Source: Spirochaetia bacterium
GTDB lineage: Bacteria; Spirochaetota; Spirochaetia; DSM-2461
NCBI GenBank assembly: GCA_963666985.2
Contig: CAXXIA010000002.1
Location: forward strand, 320,001 to 384,000
DNA: 64,000 bases
Direction: 5' to 3'
The translations under genes and the position numbers were made by a program. A model generated the notes under the pieces. The model was not told the origin of the DNA. It saw only the letters and a program-made list of their open reading frames with translations, and searched no databases. Position 1 is the stretch's first letter, and each line of letters opens with the position of its first letter. Below are positions 40,501-48,135 of this stretch, one piece after another.

Positions 40501-40737
40501 AGCGCCCGCGAAGTCATGGAAAAAGACAAACTTCGGGAACTCGCCGTCGTCCTTTATGAAAAGGTCAAAGAGAATGCCTCCATCGACTGGACCGTTAAAG
40601 AAAGCGTAAAAGCCAAGTTGAAGGTGATCGTAAAACGGATTCTCAGACGCTATGGCTATCCGCCTGATATGCAGAAATTGGCAACGGAAACCGTTTTAAA
40701 ACAGGCTGAAATGATCGCGGAAGAATTAACGCACTGA
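37516..40737 (+). CDS. hsdR: type I restriction endonuclease subunit R
   Basis: RPD...NGLPLVVIELK nuclease, WHTQGSGKS, DEAHR, FTGTP, MWLTGFD, QAIARVNR. Confidence 0.96.
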   Translation: MSRITESEVEDYLITLLESQGFSYIYGPHIAPDGESPERESFENVLLVHRLRSAISRINPSIPVDAREDALKQIRRIASPELITNNETFHRLLTEGVTISIHRNGQERGERVRLIDFANAEANEFLAVNQFTVIENHVNKRPDVILFINGLPLVVIELKNPADESATVRSAFKQLQTYKQAIPSLFTYNGILIISDGLEARAGTISAGMDRFMTWKTADGKTEASSTTSQLETLTAGMLNKHTLLDLIRHFIVFETDKKEDSDTGIITIHTVKKLAAYHQYYAVNKAVESTLRASGFHRQKVTYSIAASSPGDYGLPSVSKQPIGDRKGGVVWHTQGSGKSLSMVFFTGKIVLTMNNPTVVIITDRNDLDDQLFGTFAASKQLLRQEPVQAESRSQLKDLLKVASGGVIFTTIQKFQPEEGNVYEELSDRENIIVLADEAHRTQYGFKAKTIDEKDESGSLIGKKIVYGFAKYMRDALPNATYLGFTGTPVESTDVNTPAVFGHYIDVYDIAQAVEDNATVRIYYESRLAKITLSDEGKNLVSDLDTDLADENLTDTQQAKAKWTQLEALIGSRDRIKHVAEDIITHFEQRTEALAGKGMIVAMSRRIAADLYKEIVALRPEWHDEDQKKGAVKVVMTSASSDGPEIEKHHTTKEQRRALADRMKDPDDPLKLVIVRDMWLTGFDVPCLHTLYIDKPMQGHNLMQAIARVNRVYKDKTGGLIVDYLGIASDLKKALSFYSDSGGQGNPAATQEQAVTILLEKLEVVSQMFHGFPYEDYFAADTGRKLSLILETEEYILGLENGKKRYLDQVTALSKAFSIAVPHDQAMDVKDEVAFFQAVKARLVKFDSTGAGHSDEEIETAIKQVIDQALITDKVIDIFDAAGIKKPDISILSEDFLLEVKNMEHRNLALETLRKLLNDEIKSRMKTNLVQSRTLMEMLESSITRYHNKILTAAEVIDELIKLSKDIRQMDKEPEEMGLSTYEYAFYTAVANNDSAREVMEKDKLRELAVVLYEKVKENASIDWTVKESVKAKLKVIVKRILRRYGYPPDMQKLATETVLKQAEMIAEELTH

Positions 40738-40785
40738 AAAGCAGTCTTTTTATTTTATTTGCCGCAATGTTTATATATATTGAAT

Positions 40786-40837
40786 ATTCCTAAAAAAGGA
40801 ACATTAAATTGATCTTTTTTCAGGAATGTATTATATT
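40786..40837 (+). promoter_or_regulatory. higBA promoter with overlapping palindromic operator(s)
   Basis: TTGATC(40809)-N17-TATATT(40832); TTCCT-N5-AGGAA and the larger IR ATTCCTAAAAAAG...CTTTTTTCAGGAAT. Confidence 0.6.
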
Positions 40838-40843
40838 TCCGAA

Positions 40844-41149
40844 ATGAGGATAATTGCAAAGAGAACATTAAACGAATTCTCTGCATCCCATCCTCAAGCA
40901 AAAGGTTCTCTGGACTCATGGGCCAATGAAGCGAAACACGCGGAATGGAAGACTTCTTCCGACATCAAAACAAGGTACCCTTCGGCGAGTTTTTTGAAAG
41001 AAAATCGCGTTGTTTTCAATATAAGCGGCAATAAATATCGGCTGTTATGCCGGATACAATACGAGGCCGGCATCGTCTACATCTTATTCATCGGCACTCA
41101 TGCCGAATATAACGCGATTGATGCAACAACCTATCAATATCATTCGTAG
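40844..41149 (+). CDS. higB: type II TA toxin, HigB family
   Basis: MRIIAKRTL, VFNISGNKYRL, FIGTHAEY. Confidence 0.92.
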   Translation: MRIIAKRTLNEFSASHPQAKGSLDSWANEAKHAEWKTSSDIKTRYPSASFLKENRVVFNISGNKYRLLCRIQYEAGIVYILFIGTHAEYNAIDATTYQYHS

Positions 41150-42364
41150 ATGAGGAAAAACGATATGAAAATCATAAGGAATGAAAAAGATTACGATACG
41201 GCTCTCGAACGAATGGACGAAATCTTCAATGCCGAGCCGGGAACCGATGAATTCGATGAAATGGAGGTGCTGGCACTTCTTATCGAGAATTATGAAGAAG
41301 ATCATCACTCCATGGATCTTCCGGATCCCATCGAGGCTATTAAATTCCGAATGGACCAGGAGGGCTTGAAACAAGCGGACCTTATTCCACTCATTGGTTC
41401 ACGGTCAAAAGTCTCGGAAGTTCTCTCCGGTAAAACCGGATTGTCTCTGAAAATGATTCGAAATATTCACCGCCGGCTGGGTATTTCCGCCGAGGTTCTT
41501 CTCCGGGAATCGGGGGCGTCGCTTTCCGATGCCACACAAGGTTTGGAATTTGAAAAGTTCCCTGCGAAAGAAATGAAGGAAGCAGGAGCTTTCCGGTTTT
41601 TAAAGATGAAAGACCCTTCGAAAGACATTGGACAAGCTATCCGAGGTCTCATTTCCGATATCGGTTCCATGTTCAATATACCGGCTATTCAATACCGCAA
41701 GAGCGGTACATCCCGCTTGAACGAAAAACGGAATCCCTATGCCTTACTGGGTTGGAGTCTTCATGCGATGGCATTGGCTTCCCGGGAGACCGTTCCCGAA
41801 AAATTTGAAGCACCTTTAATTGATAAAACTTTTTTGAAGGGACTCACGGCATTAAGCGTCCTCGACAAAGGACCACTGAGGGCTAAAGAATTTCTCGCGA
41901 AATACGGAATCATTCTCCTCTACCTTCCACCATATAAAAAAACATACTTGGACGGTGCGGCCTTCCTTCGATCGGATGGAACCCCGGTCATTGTCGTTAC
42001 CGGCCGGTACGACAGGCTCGATAATTTTTGGTTTGTCCTTCTCCATGAGCTGGGACATGTCGTGAAGCATTTGGATCCGGAAGAGTGTCCCTCACTGACC
42101 GACGATATGACTTTACGGGGATTATCCGGGGAAGATGCCATCGAAAAGGAAGCTGATGAATTCGCGGAAGAGGCTTTAATCCCGGCGGATATTCATTTCG
42201 ACCCGCTGGATTATCTCTCAACCGCCGAAGTGAAGATTTTTGCACGACAGCATGAACTTCATCCGGCGATTCTGGCCGGACGTATTCAGTACGCGAGGAA
42301 GGATTACAAAGTCTTTCGGAATCTTCTCGGTAGTCACGAAGTCCGAAAATGCTTCGAAGAATAA
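41150..42364 (+). CDS. higA: HigA-type HTH antitoxin fused to ImmA/IrrE metallopeptidase domain
   Basis: PDPIEAIKFRMDQ.GL, GSRS.VSEVL HTH; DNFWF.LLHELGH, EKEADEFA; start 41150 or 41165. Confidence 0.88.
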   Translation: MRKNDMKIIRNEKDYDTALERMDEIFNAEPGTDEFDEMEVLALLIENYEEDHHSMDLPDPIEAIKFRMDQEGLKQADLIPLIGSRSKVSEVLSGKTGLSLKMIRNIHRRLGISAEVLLRESGASLSDATQGLEFEKFPAKEMKEAGAFRFLKMKDPSKDIGQAIRGLISDIGSMFNIPAIQYRKSGTSRLNEKRNPYALLGWSLHAMALASRETVPEKFEAPLIDKTFLKGLTALSVLDKGPLRAKEFLAKYGIILLYLPPYKKTYLDGAAFLRSDGTPVIVVTGRYDRLDNFWFVLLHELGHVVKHLDPEECPSLTDDMTLRGLSGEDAIEKEADEFAEEALIPADIHFDPLDYLSTAEVKIFARQHELHPAILAGRIQYARKDYKVFRNLLGSHEVRKCFEE

Positions 42365-42487
42365 AAAAATGATTGCTTCAACAACCGAATCAATAGCGTT
42401 GAAGTACTCTCTACTCGTTCCGGAGTACCCGATGAAACTCGGATTCTCCATTTACTTCATTTAACCATTGGTATAAGACTGGCAAAA

Positions 42488-42904
42488 TCAGTCCGCGGAA
42501 TAAGGATTATGAATCCTTACCCCGTTGATGAGCTGTCCGTGATTCAAATCCTCGGTATAGAGAATGTCGCAGTTCAGCTTTCGAGCCGTAACCACGATAA
42601 GGGCGTCCCAAAATGAAACCCGCCAGAGAATATTTCCGTCGATAGCTCTGTCGATATCCTCGGGTTCAATGCGTGCCGTCTCCAGGTTTCTGAAGGACTG
42701 CATGATTTCCTTCGCTCTCAAGGCTTCCATTCCCAGCTTCTTCGTACAGGTGACATAAAACTCCTGCAGTACCTGCGTCGAAAGGCATCCGTTTCCCAAT
42801 TCTTCCGCCGTTGCCAGGAGTTCCCGGGACACGGCAAGCTTCTCCATCGAATCAAGATCACAGGCGTATGCCAGTATATTGGTATCAAAGAAGACTTTAG
42901 ACAT
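42488..42904 (-). CDS. PIN-domain toxin (VapC-like)
   Basis: FFDTNIL, QVLQEFY, SFWDALIV, LYTEDL, NPY. Confidence 0.9.
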   Translation of the reverse strand: MSKVFFDTNILAYACDLDSMEKLAVSRELLATAEELGNGCLSTQVLQEFYVTCTKKLGMEALRAKEIMQSFRNLETARIEPEDIDRAIDGNILWRVSFWDALIVVTARKLNCDILYTEDLNHGQLINGVRIHNPYSAD

Positions 42905-43121
42905 CGTACAGATCGTCCCGGCTCCAGGTACGGCCGCCGGAATGCCCCCCGGCACTGTCCATTTTTTCAAAACACTCTTGTGTCCAATTCTTCGATTCGG
43001 ATTCCACCGTGCGCTGCAGCAGGAGCCGGACCAGGGAATTCAGCGTCAGATTGTGGTTTTTGGCATAATGGCGGCCCTTCGCCAACAAATCCTCATCCAT
43101 GGAAAGAGTGATATTCTTCAT
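42897..43121 (-). CDS. RHH-type antitoxin (VapB-like)
   Basis: MKNITLSMDEDLL...WSRDDLYD; 8-nt overlap with the PIN gene. Confidence 0.85.
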   Translation of the reverse strand: MKNITLSMDEDLLAKGRHYAKNHNLTLNSLVRLLLQRTVESESKNWTQECFEKMDSAGGHSGGRTWSRDDLYDV

Positions 43122-43122
43122 G

Positions 43123-43156
43123 CACATAATATATGCGCACATATTATGTGTGTCAA
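43123..43156 (-). promoter_or_regulatory. vapBC promoter containing a 28-bp palindromic operator
   Basis: minus strand TTGACA-N17-TATATT; cacataatatatgcgcacatattatgtg (43123-43150) is a near-perfect palindrome. Confidence 0.75.
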
Positions 43157-43344
43157 GAATTGGACAAATCACTATCGTGGACCGACAATTCATCTTCATC
43201 TGCCGGAACATCGGCCGGACACAGGAATGCCCCCGGAACGCTTCTGTATTGGCGGTGACTATGATAGATTCCCCGGCAGGCGCCATCGCTACCGATACCG
43301 TATAAGAGATTACGGACGGGACGCCGCCGGGAAGAACTAAGGCA

Positions 43345-44529
43345 GTGAACACAGAATACGACGTTGTTATCGTGGGCGCGGGAGCCTCGGGTTTGATGTG
43401 CGGCGCCGAATCCGCCCGCCGCGGACGCTCAACCCTGATTCTCGATGCCGGAAACCGGCCGGGGCGAAAGATTCTCGTCTCAGGCGGCGGAAAATGCAAC
43501 TTTACGAATACGGACGTCGGGCCGGAGCACTATGTTTCCCGGAACCCTCATTTCGCCCTGTCCGCTTTGAGCCGCTTCGGCCCGCAGGATATCCTCGCCA
43601 TGGCGGCCGACCATGAAATCCGCTGGGAAGAACGGGAGCACGGCCGCATTTTTACAACCGAATCGTCCGCTCTCATCCGGGATATGCTTGTGGAAAACGT
43701 CCACGGAGCCGGTGCGCTGCTGCGCTCGAGCTTTCCCGCGGATGCGGTGAATAAGGAGCCGGACGGCCGCTTTTCCGTTCGGGGTAAGGGAGCTTCGATA
43801 CGAACATCATCCCTGGTTCTGGCGACCGGCGGCCTCTCCTGGCCCCAACTGACCGTGTCGCCCCTGGGATACAAAGTCGCCGAGCAGTTCGGTATTCCGG
43901 TGGTGCCGCCTGTTTCTGGTCTTGTTCCGTTCACCCTGGAACCGGCCGATAAGAAGCGGTTTGGTCCGCTGACCGGGATAGCGGTGGACGCAAGAGTGAG
44001 CCTCGGGGAGGTATCCTTCCGCGAAAACCTCCTCTTTACCCATCGCGGGATTAGCGGACCGGCGATTCTCCAAATATCGAATTATTGGAATCCGGGGGAT
44101 TTCATCGAAATTGACCTCCTGCCGGATACCCCGCTATCTCAAATAATGGAACAAGAAAAACGGTCTTCGGGCGGGATAAGCGTCGCCTCCCTGCTCGGCC
44201 GGATTCTGCCCAAACGGCTGGTGCAGGAACTGGTCCCCGGGGAGATCCTGGGAACTCCTTCGGCCCAGTTGAATTCGGCCGGTCTGGAACGGCTTTCGAA
44301 TCTTCTCCACGGATGGAAACTGCGGCCTTCGGGAACGGAAGGCGCCCGGACCGCCGAGGTGACTCTCGGAGGCGTGGATACGGCGGCCGTCTCGTCGAAA
44401 ACCTTCGAATGCCGAACGGTTCCCGGATTGTATTTCATCGGCGAGCTTCTGGACGTGACGGGCCGGCTCGGAGGCTACAACCTCCAGTGGGCCTGGTCCT
44501 CCGGGTGGTGCGCCGGACAATCGGTCTGA
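43345..44529 (+). CDS. NAD(P)/FAD-dependent oxidoreductase (HI0933/YhiN family)
   Basis: GAGASG, SGGGKCNFTN, ATGG.S.P, LFTHRGISGP, GGYNLQWAWSSG. Confidence 0.92.
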   Translation: MNTEYDVVIVGAGASGLMCGAESARRGRSTLILDAGNRPGRKILVSGGGKCNFTNTDVGPEHYVSRNPHFALSALSRFGPQDILAMAADHEIRWEEREHGRIFTTESSALIRDMLVENVHGAGALLRSSFPADAVNKEPDGRFSVRGKGASIRTSSLVLATGGLSWPQLTVSPLGYKVAEQFGIPVVPPVSGLVPFTLEPADKKRFGPLTGIAVDARVSLGEVSFRENLLFTHRGISGPAILQISNYWNPGDFIEIDLLPDTPLSQIMEQEKRSSGGISVASLLGRILPKRLVQELVPGEILGTPSAQLNSAGLERLSNLLHGWKLRPSGTEGARTAEVTLGGVDTAAVSSKTFECRTVPGLYFIGELLDVTGRLGGYNLQWAWSSGWCAGQSV

Positions 44530-44777
44530 AACACGGGAAAGAGGCTCAATAAAGTTTGCTTCAGCAAGACATCAATTTCAGAGGAAGCACTTCATCACCG
44601 GATTAATTCATCCTTTCGAAGTCTCTTCCGCTTCAATTGAACGATTCCCGCCTTATCGCTTAAAAAAGGCGGCGGCGATACACGTAAAACATTCTTCCTA
44701 TAAAAAAGGAGCTGTTATTTTCTTCACAAGCCGTTTTTATTTGCATTACGAACAGTTAATCTATAATAATATTTATT

Positions 44778-45431
44778 ATGTTTACTTTACAAAGATTGGC
44801 AGCGGGCCTGAAGAAAAGAATCCGAAATACAATAATCTGTTTTCAGCGAAGAATTAAAATAAAACGATCTACCAGATGCATCTTTATTGATTGCGGAGCC
44901 AATACTTGTTCAATATTACGGAAATTTATCAAAAGATTCCCCGATTTCGAGTTTTTCGCTTTTGAACCACAGCCGGAATTGGCTGATGAAGGCCGAAAGA
45001 TAAAAGCAGAATATCCTGATGTTCCGATATCATTCTTCAGCACTGCAGTATGGACGAGTAATGAAAAAAAGAATCTCTTTCTCGCGACATACTGGACTCA
45101 TAATTATAAAGGCGGTTCCACCTTACTGGAGGAGCATACCGGGAATCTCTCAAAAGTGGATTATTCTTATCCTATCGAAGTTACGGCCATTGATTTTAGT
45201 GAATGGCTGGCTCTTAATTTTTCTTCTTCCGACTATGTAATTATAAAAATGGATATTGAAGGGGCGGAATATGATGTACTTGAGAAGATTATCTCAGACG
45301 GGAATCAGTCAATAATCAATGAACTGATTGTTGAGTTTCATCAGAGAATGAACCAATCCATTTCTCTTCAAAGGCATGATAAACTTATTAAGGAATTGAA
45401 GAAATTTTCATATTTGAGAATTTGGCATTAA
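44778..45431 (+). CDS. FkbM family methyltransferase
   Basis: FIDCGAN, AFEP, IKMDIEGAEY, IVEFH; visibly AT-rich. Confidence 0.85.
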   Translation: MFTLQRLAAGLKKRIRNTIICFQRRIKIKRSTRCIFIDCGANTCSILRKFIKRFPDFEFFAFEPQPELADEGRKIKAEYPDVPISFFSTAVWTSNEKKNLFLATYWTHNYKGGSTLLEEHTGNLSKVDYSYPIEVTAIDFSEWLALNFSSSDYVIIKMDIEGAEYDVLEKIISDGNQSIINELIVEFHQRMNQSISLQRHDKLIKELKKFSYLRIWH

Positions 45432-45503
45432 TAAAATTCGGCGAATAAAATGAGAAAACGGTGTAGCTCTCGTCTTCATGACCGAATGGGACATTGTCCC
45501 TGT

Positions 45504-45543
45504 GTCGGCGGACAGTTTTAAATAAGATTAAAAGTCCGCCGAC
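45504..45543. repeat. inverted repeat between convergent genes (possible bidirectional terminator)
   Basis: gtcggcggac...gtccgccgac arms around an AT-rich core. Confidence 0.55.
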
Positions 45544-45563
45544 GGAGCACTTGCCGCTCTTCC

Positions 45564-46040
45564 TTACTTTCCCTTCCGGTAGGTTCCCATCAGAACCGCT
45601 TCGGCCAGGACATGATCTTCCATCGCGGCGAGAACGGCGGCCTTGTCCGGCCTGCCGCTGAGTTCAAGAACGGTATCCAGGGCGTAAAGCTTGTGGAAAT
45701 AACGGTGCGTCCCGATGGGCGGACAGGGACCGTGGTATTCGGTTTGTCCGGCATCGTTCACGCCCTGACATGTTCCCGAGGGAAGATCGACGGGGCGAAC
45801 TCCTTCGGGAAGAGATGCGGCGGATGCGGGAATATTGTAGAGCACCCAATGCACCCAGGTACGCCGGGGCGCGGCGGGGTCCGGAGCGTCCGGGTCGTCG
45901 ACGATAAGAACGAAGCTCTTGGTTCCCAAAGGAATGTCGGACCAAGCAAGCGGCGGGGAAAGGTCGTCCCCTTGGCAGGTATGACGGACGGGAATGGGTT
46001 CGCCGTCCCCGAAAGAATCCGATGTCAGTGTTAACGGCAT
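45564..46040 (-). CDS. YbhB/YbcL (PEBP/Raf kinase inhibitor-like) protein
   Basis: SPPL.W, DDPDAP, WVHW, Y.GPCPP.G.HRY..KLYALD. Confidence 0.92.
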   Translation of the reverse strand: MPLTLTSDSFGDGEPIPVRHTCQGDDLSPPLAWSDIPLGTKSFVLIVDDPDAPDPAAPRRTWVHWVLYNIPASAASLPEGVRPVDLPSGTCQGVNDAGQTEYHGPCPPIGTHRYFHKLYALDTVLELSGRPDKAAVLAAMEDHVLAEAVLMGTYRKGK

Positions 46041-46296
46041 GAGTACCTCCCCGGAAAGAAAGAACAGCGGGATCATAAAAAAACAGACGGAAAATCTCGG
46101 CATAACGGGAATCTCCTATCCTTAAGGCTCATTATACCCGATTCCGTCAAGGACATTCATGGTGTAAAAAACAGTAAACGACGGATTTCACGCAGCTCAA
46201 AACCGGCCACGCGAAGGAAAGCACACCCGGCGTTATGGAAGAAGCGGACACCGGGCGGCTTCGGGGATCACTTAACAGGTTCTCAAAAAGCGACAG

Positions 46297-47814
46297 CTAA
46301 CCCGCATGCACATAGTCGGTTTTCCCGCTCTCCAGCCGGTTCCAATAAATCTCGGTCCAGGTAACCGCCAGAACGGCTCCCAGGAAGTTGCCGCTGATCG
46401 TGCCGCCCCAAACGCCGAAGATGCCCCAGTCGAACACCCACACGAAGAGGGCCACGAAAGGCAAAGCGAAGCCGAGAATCCGCAGGCCTGTAATGATGAG
46501 CGCGGGCCAGGGTCGTCCGTTGGCCTGGAACACCGAACGCGCCATCATGGCCACGGCTCCGAAAAGAAAGGAATACTCAACAATGCGGGTCTGCAGCACG
46601 GTATAGCGGAGAACTTCCGAATCGGCGGTGAAGGCTTTATAGACGACGGGTGCGAAGATCACCATCAAGGTGGCCACGACGCCGACGGCGGCCACCGCCA
46701 TTAAGGCGCCGGTTCGCCAAGCTTCACGGGCCCGATGCGGCAGTCCTCTTCCGATGTTCTGACCGATAACGGTCATCAGGGCCGAGGAGAGGGCGAAGAT
46801 GGGAATGAGAACAATCTGATCCACCCGGCCGCAGAGCGATGCGGCGGTGACGGTACGGGGATCTATTTCGATAAGGATGCGGTTGAGTACCAGAAAAGAG
46901 AGCGACATGAGGATCTGCGCCAGCGATTGAGGAAGGCCGACGCCGATGATTTTCTCCGCGATGGCCAAACGGAAATGCTTCGGACTCCAGGAGATGGGAA
47001 CGGTAGTCTTGCCCGAAACAAAAACCCAGATGATGTAAAAAAATCCCAGTGACTGACCGATGATGGTGGCCAATGCGGCGCCGGCCACTCCCATGCCGAG
47101 TCCCGGCAGAAATCCCACTTTGTCCAGGATGAAGAAGGGATCGAGGACAATGTTGAGAAGGTTGCCCATAATCATGGACCTCATCATGTGCTTTACCAAG
47201 CCTTCGCCCTGAAGCACGCCGATGAGAACGTGCATGGAGAGCATGAATCCAAGGCCCGGCAGAATCCAGCGGAAATAGGCCAGAGCGTGCTTGGCATAGT
47301 CGCCTTGAGCGCCCATCAGCCGTACCAGACCGTCGTCGGTGAGGTAGCCCGCCACCACGGTGACGATTCCGAGAACCAGCCCCATGGCCAAGCCGGAATC
47401 GGCCACGCGATTGAGAACTTCGTGATTGCGCTCGCCGATGGCCCGCGCCACAAGGGAACTCACGCCGATCATAATACCGTTGGCCAGAGCCACGAAAATG
47501 AACACCACGGGAAAAATGAGTCCGGTTCCGCCGATGATGGAAGGGTCCGAACGGTCGATGGCGCTCATGAAGAACGTGTCCACGACGGTGTAGAAGATAT
47601 TGAAGAGCATGCCCATGAAGATGGGCACCGCGAGGCGAATCAAGAGCGGCCTTAATGGGCCGTCGAACATGCCTTTGACTTCTCCGCCGCCTCGGCGTCC
47701 CTCGGAGGAACGCGATTCCTCACCGGGATGGTTCTCGCCGGAACTCCGCCGCGCCTCGGTGCCCGGCAAACTGCCAAAATCCTTGTTAATTTTTGTTGCC
47801 TTATCTTTTTCCAT
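46297..47814 (-). CDS. MATE family efflux transporter
   Basis: LAVP, VDT.F, NI.LDP, GVAGAALAT, GQNIG, ~12 TM segments. Confidence 0.9.
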   Translation of the reverse strand: MEKDKATKINKDFGSLPGTEARRSSGENHPGEESRSSEGRRGGGEVKGMFDGPLRPLLIRLAVPIFMGMLFNIFYTVVDTFFMSAIDRSDPSIIGGTGLIFPVVFIFVALANGIMIGVSSLVARAIGERNHEVLNRVADSGLAMGLVLGIVTVVAGYLTDDGLVRLMGAQGDYAKHALAYFRWILPGLGFMLSMHVLIGVLQGEGLVKHMMRSMIMGNLLNIVLDPFFILDKVGFLPGLGMGVAGAALATIIGQSLGFFYIIWVFVSGKTTVPISWSPKHFRLAIAEKIIGVGLPQSLAQILMSLSFLVLNRILIEIDPRTVTAASLCGRVDQIVLIPIFALSSALMTVIGQNIGRGLPHRAREAWRTGALMAVAAVGVVATLMVIFAPVVYKAFTADSEVLRYTVLQTRIVEYSFLFGAVAMMARSVFQANGRPWPALIITGLRILGFALPFVALFVWVFDWGIFGVWGGTISGNFLGAVLAVTWTEIYWNRLESGKTDYVHAG

Positions 47815-47915
47815 AGCGCCCACTATTACGTCATTAAAAATAAAGGTCAATCCGATCGCGGCAGCCTTCACGAGAATTCAGCCGCAGAACGTAAAGGAGT
47901 CCTTCCCAGCTTCCG

Positions 47916-48099
47916 CCATGCGGATTTTGCGGGCGGAGTTGCCCCTAAGCGGAGAAGCATGCCCCGCTGTGCCCCCATGCGGATTTTGCGGGCGGCGGTT
48001 GACCCTAAGCGGAGAAGCACGCCCCGCTGTGCCTCCATGCGGATTTTGCGGGCTGCGTTGACCCTAAGCGGAGGAGCATGCCCCGCTGTGCCCCCCATG
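47916..48099 (+). repeat. 59-60-bp tandem repeat x3
   Basis: ccatgcggattttgcgggc....ttg.ccctaagcggag.agca.gccccgctgtgcc at ~47916, 47975, 48035. Confidence 0.92.
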
Positions 48100-48135
48100 T
48101 GGACTCCGCTTCAAGAAAAGAATAAATTCACCGCC

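Noticed and set aside
42365..42487. Small minus-strand ORF (MENPSFIGY...)
   Set aside because: May be a gene remnant, but it has no recognisable family and overlaps the higA end
45488..45543. Integron attC site
   Set aside because: No RYYYAAC/GTTRRRY core sites and no integron integrase
47916..48099. CRISPR array
   Set aside because: Units are near-identical over their full length with no unique spacers, and no cas genes are present
47728..48135. N-terminal extension of prmC in the ORF track
   Set aside because: Runs through the tandem repeat and overlaps the MATE start; PrmC similarity begins at ATG 48136
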